Positions 8,901 through 17,891 of a stretch of 54,721 nucleotides of DNA are shown here, in pieces. Under the pieces are notes generated by a model. The model searched no databases, was not told where the DNA came from, and was given only the letters and a program-made list of their open reading frames with translations. This stretch comes from an uncultured Gammaproteobacteria bacterium (GTDB lineage Bacteria > Patescibacteriota > Patescibacteriia > JAHIZJ01). The stretch lies in contig CAYJKP010000002.1 of the NCBI GenBank assembly GCA_964371245.1, positions 46,239-100,959 of the forward strand. Direction: 5' to 3'. Position 1 is the first letter of the stretch. The number at the start of each line of letters is the position of its first letter. The position numbers and the translations under genes were made by a program.

Positions 8901-10384
8901 TAGAGTCGGATGGCGGTTACTTTCTGAGTGGACAAAGCCGTGAAGCTGATTGCGGACCGGAGCGTGGATCCGGTCATGCTACCCATACTCGAGGCGGTAG
9001 AGGTGATGAATTGATTCCCCCAATATTCACTCCAGTCGACCTCGAGATACGGATCAGAGCTGACGCCCGTATATTCGCTCATGCGACCGTTGGCCCACGA
9101 ATAGCGGTCTGCACCGTTCGGCGTCCAGGCATATCGGAGCTCGAAGTCGGTATCGCCGTTTATTGAGACGTTCGTCGGCGAGGCGATGGCATATGCCTTC
9201 CAGCCAGTAGATCCCGCCCAGTCCAGTGTCCCGTCATACGATCCGACCGCGTCCCAGTCAGTCGAGTCAAGCGATGCACCGATGTCATCGGCGCCCATAT
9301 AATAATCAATATCCCAGGTGGACGGAGCATATTTCCAATAGGTATAGGAATTGGCGTAGATATTTAGGGTCGCGCTGGTGATGGTAATTGAGTCATCCAG
9401 TGCCGACGTATCAAAACTGAGATACATGCGATCATCATCATATGTAGCTCCTGCACAACCAGAATAATGATCCTCGCCGACCAAAGCTACTGTGCTGGTG
9501 GCGTAAATATCATATATCGTACCCGATGTACAATCAGTACTATGAATGTATCCGTCGACCGCCGCCGTGGAATAGAAATAGATGCTGGGGTCAAGCGCCG
9601 CCTCTCCCGTCCCGAAACCCGTAATCATAATATCGTTGTCTCGCCGGTCGATTGTAAAGCCGCTCGATACGAGATCGTCAAAGCTGACCTGGATGCTGTC
9701 ATCGAGAATCAGGTTAAGCGCGGTAAGTTTTCCGTTGTCCCGCGGTTCGACGAACCGGCTCGACAAGTCAGTGACAAGCGTATAGCCCGATTCGCTGATC
9801 GAACCGTCGTTTTGGAAATAACTGGTCCATTTTGTAAAACGATTTTGACTGTCGAATTCGACGCGATAGTCAAGCTTCTTGGCCTGTCTTTTTGACAGCT
9901 CGTCGATATATTTCCGCTTTCCTTTTTGGACGACATACGGCCGGAACGCGAAGGTTTTTCCAGCCACGGAGAAGCGCAGCTGATTTTGGCTGAATAGTTC
10001 AGTGGCGGCCTCAGAAAATGTCTGCCAGGCTCCGTCGACCTGCCGAAAACGAGGGGTCCGCGAACAGCGCATTTTGCTTTCCGTTCCGGACCGAACAATA
10101 TCGCACGTTTCATTGACGATCTCGCCCGACTCCTGGTCGAGTGGCGAAACAAATTCTTCAGCCCGTTTTGCCACTTCCGAAACAGGATTGATTTCTCGGT
10201 CTTTTACGACTGAGCGCTGTTCGCCCGCCGGGAAAAAGCCGCCCCAAAAATCAGATTCACCGGCGATCGAATACAGACTGGCGGCTGAAACTAGACCGCT
10301 GTCCGACAAAAAAAGGAGGGTGAAAAAGACAACCGCGAATTTTTTTACTAAATTGCGTGCTTTTTTTCGCCGCATGAAAAACAT
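5945..10384 (-). CDS. 1479-aa secreted multidomain adhesin with a C-terminal WxL-like domain interrupted by a BNR/Asp-box beta-propeller
   Basis: N-terminal signal peptide; DNRLRE-like segment (YLSFDTSALDDSITITSATLNIY); two jelly-roll-like repeats (SLTAGTVYHIVVQY, DLKTGQTYRVQL); VWDDRGTGVGWSA and terminal GDYSGTLTITIS match the small WxL paralogs; Asp-box-like KSSDKTATW. Confidence 0.8.
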   Translation of the reverse strand: MFFMRRKKARNLVKKFAVVFFTLLFLSDSGLVSAASLYSIAGESDFWGGFFPAGEQRSVVKDREINPVSEVAKRAEEFVSPLDQESGEIVNETCDIVRSGTESKMRCSRTPRFRQVDGAWQTFSEAATELFSQNQLRFSVAGKTFAFRPYVVQKGKRKYIDELSKRQAKKLDYRVEFDSQNRFTKWTSYFQNDGSISESGYTLVTDLSSRFVEPRDNGKLTALNLILDDSIQVSFDDLVSSGFTIDRRDNDIMITGFGTGEAALDPSIYFYSTAAVDGYIHSTDCTSGTIYDIYATSTVALVGEDHYSGCAGATYDDDRMYLSFDTSALDDSITITSATLNIYANSYTYWKYAPSTWDIDYYMGADDIGASLDSTDWDAVGSYDGTLDWAGSTGWKAYAIASPTNVSINGDTDFELRYAWTPNGADRYSWANGRMSEYTGVSSDPYLEVDWSEYWGNQFITSTASSMGSMTGSTLRSAISFTALSTQKVTAIRLYLHAVVSSPTYRFGLQSDSSGDPSGTWLSGSVASSYVDNAPTATGWNVFSFARNAQPSLTAGTVYHIVVQYVSGTIGGSNYIGIRRETPNNLMTPYRNVSDVASNTEWYNGTSWSNQGYQPIYFIDGATDEGNSNTTYTNWAIYVNYSRAEKITVYGPSKKTDTVGFYIQKAGACGSIPTADLTYDIRDSSDTQLATGTVVTAAAVTTTLTWYDVALSSTVDLKTGQTYRVQLTTSATTSCYYQTAANYSYIAAGGDYYNLNYNATASRGGYCTTTCTSDANWTYYDYYDIDFRFNVSNIFSPYSQNWRMYGDEDVATPVVPYAAENAVPPDKIGKKEPIKLRLSIAELGGAGEDNIRFKLQYSTSSTFATATNVVEVGLCSFSIWCYYDGDNATDDGTIDSRVLSDTDTSGTYNESGSTSSTFDFTADKITEFEFTIWGNNVSASTTYYFRAYDTVNSLAVAINPTGGFSYPNLTTTATFSLSDNGPASVAFTDYTLGTAGDSTASLLQSNSQEIEVWDDRGTGVGWSAVATLEHLRSLTTGSFYSQSTNGLPTVQTRNIAATVDGIIVVAYNDGTSVRFKKSSDKTATWSEAITGSPLGAGESSSIPATYMDASENIHLCYERGDGINYRLLTKSGTQWSIGGEETVVAPGGGIVYTECSIVAESDGDLMVAVKGASASNGIAVYRKPSGGSWASSWSWAMTNDDPSLVLYANDKVMLFYRNSATKLTYDTYTGSWNGAAQIDTADPGNGYSAIGDSGGNIYLTYVETVGIADIGKIRLRKYNGSWGGEETIYDGSVVGSTASNPSITTDGTSLWVFYNVTDVDLGTYLYYTEYDGSAWHNAIYIGTGTYAYLPHTPLQINRNQYYLVYGLQIGASTYTATGWYNHDLIRAGDVTFDPNDTVTARYGAELGSCPSAGVCAASSNTLDPDSSITVVDADACTTGCPGNPSYGMGKYYIEPVLSIGNLNLRRIGDYSGTLTITIS

Positions 10385-10469
10385 ATTAGACCGCCAATAA
10401 ATCAGAATAATAACCGTTGGACGGAAAAGTGAAAGCGCCGGATCATTTCCCCTCCCGTCGCATCGCTGT

Positions 10470-12158
10470 TTATTTACTCTCCGGCGTTAATCGATAAAAG
10501 ACAAAATCGTCGATCATGACCCCTTCCTGGTCAGAACGATTTTCCAAGATGCTCGTGATTTTATAGGTCGCGCCCTGCTCGTCCGTTTCATAGCCGTAAT
10601 AATAGTTCGGGTGTTTTGGATCAAGCGGCACCATCTCGAGATACCCCTTATCCTTCAGCTCAACTTGAAACACATTATTTTCATCGGTCGTTTTACTCCG
10701 ACCGGCGACAATCGGATAGTGGCCTTCCTTTGCCTTGTAGGCTTCAAGCGCCGCCTGGATGGTGTGCAAATCGGCTTTGCGCTGGTTGTCAACTTTTATC
10801 TGCTCGCCGAGGACAACCCGCAAGCGAGCGTCTTCCTCCTGCTGCTGCACGTTCATCTGTTCTACTCGTTGCCGGACCTTCTCTTCCTTCCACCAGTGCC
10901 GATAATAGATCGCGCCGCCGATTGCGACGAGGATGATGGCGAGAATAATGACGTTGCGTTTGCTTCGGAAAAACGATTTGAAGAATGACAGCCAGAGATT
11001 CTCTCTTGGAATCATTATTTGCTGGCCGGGCTCGAGTTTGTATGGCGGTTTCAGTTTGTTGACTCGGGCGAGATATTTCCAATTTGCCTGATATTGGGAG
11101 GCAATGCTGTCAATCGTATCCCCCGCGACCACCGTATGAACACGCATCTTCGACTGTTCCTTGACGACTATCAGCTGAAAGAGCAGCCGGAAAATCACAG
11201 CCAGCGCGATCATCAAGCCGATGAGAATCAACAGCCGGTATGGGATGATCCAGACGTCAATCGTTTTTGTTAGCGGCCCGCCGCCTTCATAGGACACGTC
11301 AACGGTTGTTCGAAATTTGCCGATAAACGGCGGGTCGTTCCAATTCACTGGGATGGTTATGTCTTTGCCTGGCATGACCATGCCGAAACTCATCCGATCA
11401 TAGGTCTTGATTGTCCGGCCAAATATGTTTTTTATCCGGATCTGGCCAAACGGCTCAACCCGGACATTGCCGCCATTATGGAGAACGAGTGAATATTGAA
11501 CCGCTGGTTTAAAACCGAGGTATTCAAGCACCCGATCCCACCAGATTATTTCCTTTTGGAACGTCAACCGGCTGTAAAATTTGTAGTTAATTTGGGTAAA
11601 GTCGAGATTTTTGTGAATTTCGCCGGGCACCGTGACATACATGCGCACGCCGACTCGGGTGACAATGCCGATACCGACGCCCTGACCATGCGGCGTCTGC
11701 TCCTTCACCTCCTGCATGACGATTGCCCCGAAATGCTCACCCACGTCAATATTGTCTTTCGGTACCGTCACGGTAAACGGTACTTCTATCTCTTTGTGCG
11801 CCGGCACCACGACCGAGCTTTGGCTCATTTTTACCCAACTGCCGACGTCCTGTTTCGGGGCGTTGTTTTCGAGAGGAGCAAAAGCGCCGTCAGACGTCGT
11901 TTCCGCGTCCACCGCATTGAGCAGGAATGTCAGTGTTTCGTCACTATTATTTGAAATCAAAGCGGCATCTTCCTTCGTCTCGCCGGGGTTGATCGTATAA
12001 ATAAACCAGGAATCAGAATACTTAACGCTCGGATCCGGGTGCGCCGGCATGATACCGCGATCACCAACCGCGAGGGCTGAAACATTAGACGCATGGCCAA
12101 ATAAAAATAGCAGGCCACAGGCGAAGAAGAAAAGTTGAAGGAAGATCTTTTTAGTCAT
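10470..12158 (-). CDS. DUF916/DUF3324-type (WxL-interacting) membrane protein fused to LysM and a C-terminal T2SS-G/pseudopilin-like domain
   Basis: WFIYTINPGETKED...NAVDAETTSDGAF...DVGSWV...EVPFTVTVP...GEHFGAI...RVGVRMYVTVPG (DUF916 pattern); LHNGGNVRVEPFGQIRIKNIFG (DUF3324); TM; HTVVAGDTIDSIA...LARVNKL...LEPGQQIMIP (LysM); TM; DNQRKADLHTIQAALEAY...YP...PLDP. Confidence 0.8.
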   Translation of the reverse strand: MTKKIFLQLFFFACGLLFLFGHASNVSALAVGDRGIMPAHPDPSVKYSDSWFIYTINPGETKEDAALISNNSDETLTFLLNAVDAETTSDGAFAPLENNAPKQDVGSWVKMSQSSVVVPAHKEIEVPFTVTVPKDNIDVGEHFGAIVMQEVKEQTPHGQGVGIGIVTRVGVRMYVTVPGEIHKNLDFTQINYKFYSRLTFQKEIIWWDRVLEYLGFKPAVQYSLVLHNGGNVRVEPFGQIRIKNIFGRTIKTYDRMSFGMVMPGKDITIPVNWNDPPFIGKFRTTVDVSYEGGGPLTKTIDVWIIPYRLLILIGLMIALAVIFRLLFQLIVVKEQSKMRVHTVVAGDTIDSIASQYQANWKYLARVNKLKPPYKLEPGQQIMIPRENLWLSFFKSFFRSKRNVIILAIILVAIGGAIYYRHWWKEEKVRQRVEQMNVQQQEEDARLRVVLGEQIKVDNQRKADLHTIQAALEAYKAKEGHYPIVAGRSKTTDENNVFQVELKDKGYLEMVPLDPKHPNYYYGYETDEQGATYKITSILENRSDQEGVMIDDFVFYRLTPESK

Positions 12159-12888
12159 GTTTTTTCGCTAAGCATAATATTGAAACACCAAACGGAAAGT
12201 TAAAATACTTGAGAATGTACGCCTCGAGCCGGAGCAACAGGACAAAAAACCCATTCAACCAGCCCGGCAACAACACGTAGGAGGTTTTTGGCTGTCCATC
12301 AGACCAGAGACTCGTAATTAACCGGTAGAAAACGATCGGGAGGAATAGGAAGGAAATGCAATAGCTGCGTTTAATCGTCTCAAAGCCGGCGGCGTTCAGT
12401 TTCCGATGCATATCCGATAACACGTAGCGTCGATAGTGGTGCAGCGCTTCGTCATGCCGCGACCAAAGAAACTGGTACGCAGGCGACAACAGAAAGAAAA
12501 TTCCGCCGGGTTTCAACACGCGATAGACGTTTTCAATGGCTTTTTCGTCGTTCTTGAGGTGTTCCAAGATATCAAAAGCCGTCACGGCATCGTAGGAATT
12601 CTCAGGAATTGTGAGGTTCTCGACATCGCCCTGACGAACCTCGGTAATTCCCCGCCGCTGGCAGAATTTCAGGGCCTCGGGTGAACAATCTATCCCCTCT
12701 ACTTTACCAAACTTTCGCAATATTTCAAAATTAATGCCTGTTCCGCAGCCGAGGTCTAATATTTCAACATCTGAATCGGTTTTTGTCAAATACTTTTTCA
12801 ATAATACCTCAATAATCTTCCGCCGGCCTTGATGCCACCAGTAATGTGTCTCTAAATCATACATTTTTTGATATTCCCCGATTTTCAT
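12151..12888 (-). CDS. Class I SAM-dependent methyltransferase (type often found in glycan loci)
   Basis: ILDLGCGTG motif I; YDAVTAFDILEHL; RVLKPGG; LWSRHDEALHHYRRY. Confidence 0.9.
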   Translation of the reverse strand: MKIGEYQKMYDLETHYWWHQGRRKIIEVLLKKYLTKTDSDVEILDLGCGTGINFEILRKFGKVEGIDCSPEALKFCQRRGITEVRQGDVENLTIPENSYDAVTAFDILEHLKNDEKAIENVYRVLKPGGIFFLLSPAYQFLWSRHDEALHHYRRYVLSDMHRKLNAAGFETIKRSYCISFLFLPIVFYRLITSLWSDGQPKTSYVLLPGWLNGFFVLLLRLEAYILKYFNFPFGVSILCLAKKHD

Positions 12889-14414
12889 TGTCGGGCCGTT
12901 TTTCGAATGATTATTGTGGCCATGGTATCGACATAGACCTCGTGCCAGGCTGGGTCGTGCCGAAGTAATTCAGCCAAGCGGTGATCGTGACGCAAAATTA
13001 CCCAATTCACCTGATATGAATCCAGAAGACTGCGCCAATTTTCATCGAGTCGGGTGATGGCCTGCCAGTCTTGATACACATTTTTTCCGTCCTGGCGCCA
13101 AATGGCCATGCGGCCGTCGATAAAGACCTTCTTGTCAGGCAGGTTCCAGAGCAGATATCCACCCCAATCATATTCATTATACATCGCTCCAGCCGGAAGA
13201 TGGCTTTTCAAATATTGAACTGCGTCGTATGGATACGTATTGGCCAGCGCTTTTGGCGACGCACTGGCCTGCCAATAGGTCGATACTTGAGACCAGGCGG
13301 CCAGTCCGAGTGCGGCCACACCAATACTTATGACAATGATATTTTTCGTCATCCGCTCAATGGCCTCTGACGGCCAAGCTTGAACCAGTAATATCCAAAG
13401 CGGGGTGACCACTACCATAAACAGTGGCAGATATCGCCAACCAGTCAGCGCCAAAAAGAAAAAGACAACCGCGATAAATGTAAGGGTGTAATCAATCTTC
13501 TTCCACCCCCGTATCATGAGCAATACTAATAGTGCTCCAAAGAGCAATAATTCCAGGCCTGGAATATGCTGGAGACTGACCGACTGCCATTCATTAATCG
13601 TATTGCGGACATCAGCCGAGCCAACAGTCTGGATAAACGTATTATAGATCTCATGGTATAGCCGAAGACCGTAGGGGTTAACGAGCGTGATGAAGGCGCT
13701 GCCAGTTCCGACCGCGGCTAATTGGATTAAGCGGCTTAGCCGGAGCGTCCGAACGCTTGGCGTGCGTTTTGCGACGAGCTCCCCGATCGACTGATACCAG
13801 CGCTTGAGCACAGGTCGACTCAGTTCAGCCACAATAACCAAACCGATGATAAAAAGGCCGAGTATAAAACCGCCGTGGAGATTTGCCCACAGAAGAAAGA
13901 CGAGCGGGAGAAAATAGAGTGCTCGGCCTTTTTCGTTGGTAATAAATCGGTACAGAATAAACACAACGAGACTCAGTCCCAGTAAAGTGATCACTTGCGG
14001 CCGGACACCGAGCAACGGACCGCTCACGACCGCACCGAGTAACACGGCTAATGCTTGCAGACGCGCATCAGCCGAAATAATCTTCGCGGCCAAGCCAAAA
14101 GCAACCAGAGCGAGTAGGGAAAATATCACGGCGGCAATGATCCAGCCGGCCGGCCAACCGAGCGTCGCCAATCCATACAGACCGACGTCGGTCAGCCATT
14201 CATGCGCGATGACAGGATATTCGGGAAAAGTGTGCGAGAATTGATCGGTCGTTGGTACCTGTTTCTGCTCCCAGATATATTGTCCGGTCCGAATGTGCCA
14301 CCCAAGATCTGGATCAAGCAGCGGATGAAAGGTAAGGAAAAATGAAATACTAAGCAGCAGGCCAATGAATATTTTCTTCCGCCACGTTTTTTTATTTTGT
14401 TCGTTTCTTATCAT
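12885..14414 (-). CDS. Polytopic membrane protein, probable GT-C fold glycosyltransferase (paralog 2)
   Basis: About 11-13 hydrophobic segments; DPDLGWHIRTG, HEWL, WANLHGGF, NPYG; soluble C-terminal domain with YNEYDWGGYLLW...FIDGR. Confidence 0.7.
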   Translation of the reverse strand: MIRNEQNKKTWRKKIFIGLLLSISFFLTFHPLLDPDLGWHIRTGQYIWEQKQVPTTDQFSHTFPEYPVIAHEWLTDVGLYGLATLGWPAGWIIAAVIFSLLALVAFGLAAKIISADARLQALAVLLGAVVSGPLLGVRPQVITLLGLSLVVFILYRFITNEKGRALYFLPLVFLLWANLHGGFILGLFIIGLVIVAELSRPVLKRWYQSIGELVAKRTPSVRTLRLSRLIQLAAVGTGSAFITLVNPYGLRLYHEIYNTFIQTVGSADVRNTINEWQSVSLQHIPGLELLLFGALLVLLMIRGWKKIDYTLTFIAVVFFFLALTGWRYLPLFMVVVTPLWILLVQAWPSEAIERMTKNIIVISIGVAALGLAAWSQVSTYWQASASPKALANTYPYDAVQYLKSHLPAGAMYNEYDWGGYLLWNLPDKKVFIDGRMAIWRQDGKNVYQDWQAITRLDENWRSLLDSYQVNWVILRHDHRLAELLRHDPAWHEVYVDTMATIIIRKTARQ

Positions 14415-14498
14415 TGATCTAAGTGTAGCAAATTACCGTTGCCGTATCAAAAAACGGGCCGAGCCCGATCCGGCGAGTGTTTTGTATAAACATCGTAA

Positions 14499-16034
14499 TT
14501 ATTCTTGCGAGCCTCGGCGCACCAAAATCGAATACGCCGCATCTTCATAAACGGTTTCCCAATTACCGGTATCTTTCATTGCCTTCGTGACCGCGAGATT
14601 CTTTCGAACCAGTGCATAACTGACGTTATATTTGTCCAGGGCTTCTTCCCAACCCGCATCGAGATGACCGAGCTTCATCCAATCAAGGTAGACGTTTTTT
14701 CCATTCAGTTCCCAGATAGCCATCCGGCCGTCGATAAAAACCTTTCGTTCGGGATAGTTCCAAACGAGATAACCGCCGTAGTTATACTCATTTAACATTT
14801 CACCCTTCAGGGGACGGGCTTTGAGATATTGAACTGCCGCGTAGGGATAGCCGCCCTTGTCCGCCGCCTTGGCCGGATCAATGCCGAACTCCAAGAGCCC
14901 GGTGATCTGCTGCCGGCCAATGATAATGGCGGCAAAAACGAGTATCAAAAGGAAAAAATTTCGCTTGACGATCCGAGCGAGCGTATCACCCGTCAAGTGT
15001 TGTGCAATCATCACCCAAAAGGGCGTGATCGAGATCATCAGGAGCGGCAGGTTCCGCCAACTCGACATTCCAAGATAGAAGAAGACGGCGGTGATGCATA
15101 AATGGGTGAAATTTATCTTTTTCCAGGCGAAGAGAAGCAACAGCCCAAAAAGAATCAGGTAGATATTAAACTGCATGCTGAGCTGCTGCGATAAACTCAC
15201 CGGCGTCCATTCGCCGATGGTCTGCCGAACGAGCGCCGATCCGGTCGTGTTTATGAAGGTGTTGTAGACTTCATAATAGATTCTCAAGCCGTATGGGTTT
15301 ATGAGCGTGGCCGCGCCACTCACCAACCCGACGCCGGCGAGAGTAAACAAGCTCCGGCGGGACAACACGCTCAGCTCAATGGTTTTCTTTCGCCAGCGCT
15401 GGTAGATCTTCGCATACGTCTTCTTAAATATGGCGCGCAGCAATTCCACCAGCCAGAAAACAGCCAGCGCAAATAAGCCTAAAGAAAAACCGCCATGGAA
15501 ATTTACCCAGACGGCGAATAGCAGGGGAAGAAAATAAATGGCCCGGCTCCGTTCATTCACCCGAAATCGATAGACGATATAAAACACCAAGGCCAAACCG
15601 AGCATGCTGATCATTTGCGGCCGGACGCCAAGGATCGGCAGGCTGACGAGCAGCGCGAGCAGCGCCGCCAAAATCTGGTATTCCCGCCGCGCCGGGAAAC
15701 TCCGGCCGGCAATATAAAAAGCTGAGCCAGCGATCAACGAAAAAACGACTGACATGGCAATCGGACCGGCGGTCGTTCCCAGACTGTTCAAACCATAGAG
15801 GGTGAGATCCGACAACCACTCGTGAGCGATCCAGGGATATTCCGGAAAGGTGTGAGAAAATGGATCAGTGCTGGCCAGCGCCTTGTGTTCCCAGATATAC
15901 TGGCCGGAACGTAGGTGCCAGCCTAAATCCGGGTCCAGCGGAACCCGCATACCAAGAAAAATCATGATCAGAATAACTGAACCAAAAAAGACGGTTTTCG
16001 GGGTAATGATTTTCCTGAGCCAAGCCGTACTCAT
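14499..16034 (-). CDS. Polytopic membrane protein, probable GT-C fold glycosyltransferase (paralog 1)
   Basis: Same motifs as 12885-14414 (DPDLGWHLRSG, HEWL, WVNFHGGF, NPYG, NEYNYGGYLVW, FIDGR). Confidence 0.7.
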   Translation of the reverse strand: MSTAWLRKIITPKTVFFGSVILIMIFLGMRVPLDPDLGWHLRSGQYIWEHKALASTDPFSHTFPEYPWIAHEWLSDLTLYGLNSLGTTAGPIAMSVVFSLIAGSAFYIAGRSFPARREYQILAALLALLVSLPILGVRPQMISMLGLALVFYIVYRFRVNERSRAIYFLPLLFAVWVNFHGGFSLGLFALAVFWLVELLRAIFKKTYAKIYQRWRKKTIELSVLSRRSLFTLAGVGLVSGAATLINPYGLRIYYEVYNTFINTTGSALVRQTIGEWTPVSLSQQLSMQFNIYLILFGLLLLFAWKKINFTHLCITAVFFYLGMSSWRNLPLLMISITPFWVMIAQHLTGDTLARIVKRNFFLLILVFAAIIIGRQQITGLLEFGIDPAKAADKGGYPYAAVQYLKARPLKGEMLNEYNYGGYLVWNYPERKVFIDGRMAIWELNGKNVYLDWMKLGHLDAGWEEALDKYNVSYALVRKNLAVTKAMKDTGNWETVYEDAAYSILVRRGSQE

Positions 16035-16060
16035 ATCAATCAGTATACCAAAATATTCCT

Positions 16061-16096
16061 AAAACGAAAACCGCCCCAATAATCTCGGGGACGGCG
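16061..16096 (-). terminator. Intrinsic terminator after the small WxL genes
   Basis: CCG-T-CCCC GAGATTATT GGGG-CGG followed by TTTTCGTTTT. Confidence 0.55.
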
Positions 16097-16117
16097 TTAA
16101 ACGCGTTGTCGCTCGGT

Positions 16118-16696
16118 TTAGGTAACGGTCAGCGTCAACGTGGCCGAATAGTTGCCGGCTGCATAGGACGGCTGTTGCGTGAAGTTAAGGAGTGTGTTGT
16201 CGATCCGATAGGCACCCAAGCCGTTGCTGGCCGTGGCCACCATCAGATTGCGCGTCGCGTTCAGATATTGATCGTCGGTGCCGGCCGACACACCCGTCGA
16301 GCTAGCTCCGTTTAAATTTGCGATGTCGCCGGGTGACCAGCGCAGGGCGTTGCTTAAGGTAATCTGCCGATTGGCATCATTTACATCGACGTAATTCTCA
16401 ATCGATCCGGTCGTGGCTGACCAGCCAGCGCCGGTACCGCGATAATCGGTCACCAGGACATTATTCATGTTGATCGCCGCGTTCTGTAACAAACCAGCCG
16501 CGATATTGCCGAATGAGATATTCGTGTTCTGAGCCGCGATGTCTAAGGAGCCGGCGGTGATGTTTTGGTAGAGCTCGGAATTCGCCGTGTTGGCCGCCCG
16601 CGATACTTCCAATGAACCAAAAACCATGATCAGCGTAAAAGCAATAATCAACGTACTGAAGATTTTCTGGGTTAGGGCTTGTGTTTTGTTTACCAT
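16118..16696 (-). CDS. Small secreted WxL-type protein, copy A
   Basis: Signal peptide ending VSRA; VTDYRGTGAGWSAT (WxL D-x-R-G-T-x-x-G-W motif); C-terminal GNYSATLTLTVT. Confidence 0.8.
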   Translation of the reverse strand: MVNKTQALTQKIFSTLIIAFTLIMVFGSLEVSRAANTANSELYQNITAGSLDIAAQNTNISFGNIAAGLLQNAAINMNNVLVTDYRGTGAGWSATTGSIENYVDVNDANRQITLSNALRWSPGDIANLNGASSTGVSAGTDDQYLNATRNLMVATASNGLGAYRIDNTLLNFTQQPSYAAGNYSATLTLTVT

Positions 16697-16716
16697 GGAA
16701 GTATGGAAAGTATTTG

Positions 16717-17295
16717 TTAGCTGACGGTCAACGTCAATGTGGCTGTGTAGTTACCGGCTTGGTAGGACGGCTGTTGAGTGAAATTAAGAACGGTGTTGCT
16801 AATACGATAGGCGCCCAAGCCGTTGCTGGCCGTGGCCACCATCAGATTCCGGGTGGTATTGAGGTAGACATCGTCGGTGCCGGCGGTCACGCCAGTTATG
16901 ATTGAACCGTTTACGTTTCCGACATCGCCCGGCGACCACTTGAGAGCATTATTTAAAGTTATCTGTTTATTCGAATCGGTGACATCCACGTAATTCTCGA
17001 TCGATCCGGTCGTGGCTGACCAGCCAGCACCAGTCCCGCGGTAATCAGTCACCAGGACATTGTTCATGTTGATCGCCGAGTTTTGAGAATAACCAGCGGC
17101 GATATTGCCGAATGAGATATTCGTGTTCTGAGCGGCGATGTCTAAGGAGCCGGCGGTGATGTTTTGGTAGAGCTCGGAATTGGCCGTGTTAGCCGCCCGC
17201 GATACTTCCAATGAACCAAAAACCATGATCAGCGTAAAAGCAATAATCAACGTACTGAAGATTTTCTGGGTTAGGGCTTGTGTTTTGTTTACCAT
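16717..17295 (-). CDS. Small secreted WxL-type protein, copy B
   Basis: As copy A; N-terminus identical to A and C-terminus identical to C. Confidence 0.8.
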   Translation of the reverse strand: MVNKTQALTQKIFSTLIIAFTLIMVFGSLEVSRAANTANSELYQNITAGSLDIAAQNTNISFGNIAAGYSQNSAINMNNVLVTDYRGTGAGWSATTGSIENYVDVTDSNKQITLNNALKWSPGDVGNVNGSIITGVTAGTDDVYLNTTRNLMVATASNGLGAYRISNTVLNFTQQPSYQAGNYTATLTLTVS

Positions 17296-17315
17296 GGAAG
17301 TATGGAAAGTATTTG

Positions 17316-17891
17316 TTAGCTGACGGTCAACGTCAATGTGGCTGTGTAGTTACCGGCTTGGTAGGACGGCTGTTGAGTGAAATTAAGAACGGTGTTGCTA
17401 ATACGATAGGCGCCCAAGCCGTTGCTGGCCGTGGCCACCATCAGATTCCGGGTGGTATTGAGGTAGACATCGTCGGTGCCGGCGGTCACGCCAGTTATGA
17501 TTGAACCGTTTAAATTCGTGATGTCACCCGGTGACCAGCGCAGTGCGTTACTCAAGGTAATCTGTTTATTCGAATCGGTGACATCGACGTAATTCTCGAT
17601 CGATCCGGTCGTGGCTGACCAGCCAGCGCCGGTACCGCGGTAATCGGTCACCAGGACATTGTTCATGTTGATCACGGAGTCCTGAGAATAACCGGCAGCC
17701 AAATCGCCAAACGATATATTCGTGTTCTGGGCCGCGATGTCTAATGAGCCGGCGGTGATGTTTTGGTAGAGCTCGGAATTCGCCGTGTTGGCCGCTCGGG
17801 ACACTTCAAACGATCCATAGACCATCAATACGGTGAAAACAAGAATAATTACCGCAAATACTTCTTCTATTAAAAGCTTTTGTCGAGTCAT
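17316..17891 (-). CDS. Small secreted WxL-type protein, copy C
   Basis: As copy A, with a distinct signal peptide; ends GNYTATLTLTVS. Confidence 0.8.
   Translation of the reverse strand: MTRQKLLIEEVFAVIILVFTVLMVYGSFEVSRAANTANSELYQNITAGSLDIAAQNTNISFGDLAAGYSQDSVINMNNVLVTDYRGTGAGWSATTGSIENYVDVTDSNKQITLSNALRWSPGDITNLNGSIITGVTAGTDDVYLNTTRNLMVATASNGLGAYRISNTVLNFTQQPSYQAGNYTATLTLTVS

Larger units (their letters stand above)
16118..17891. repeat. Tandem triplication with 599-bp period
   Basis: Stop-codon ends at 16118, 16717 and 17316; identical 20-bp intergenic spacers ggaagtatggaaagtatttg. Confidence 0.95.

Noticed and set aside
16118-17891. N-glycosylation sequons in the WxL subunits (5-6 N-x-S/T each) as evidence of glycosylation
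   Set aside because: Copy A has about 22 Asn and about 20% Ser+Thr, so 4-5 sequons are expected by chance. There is no enrichment.
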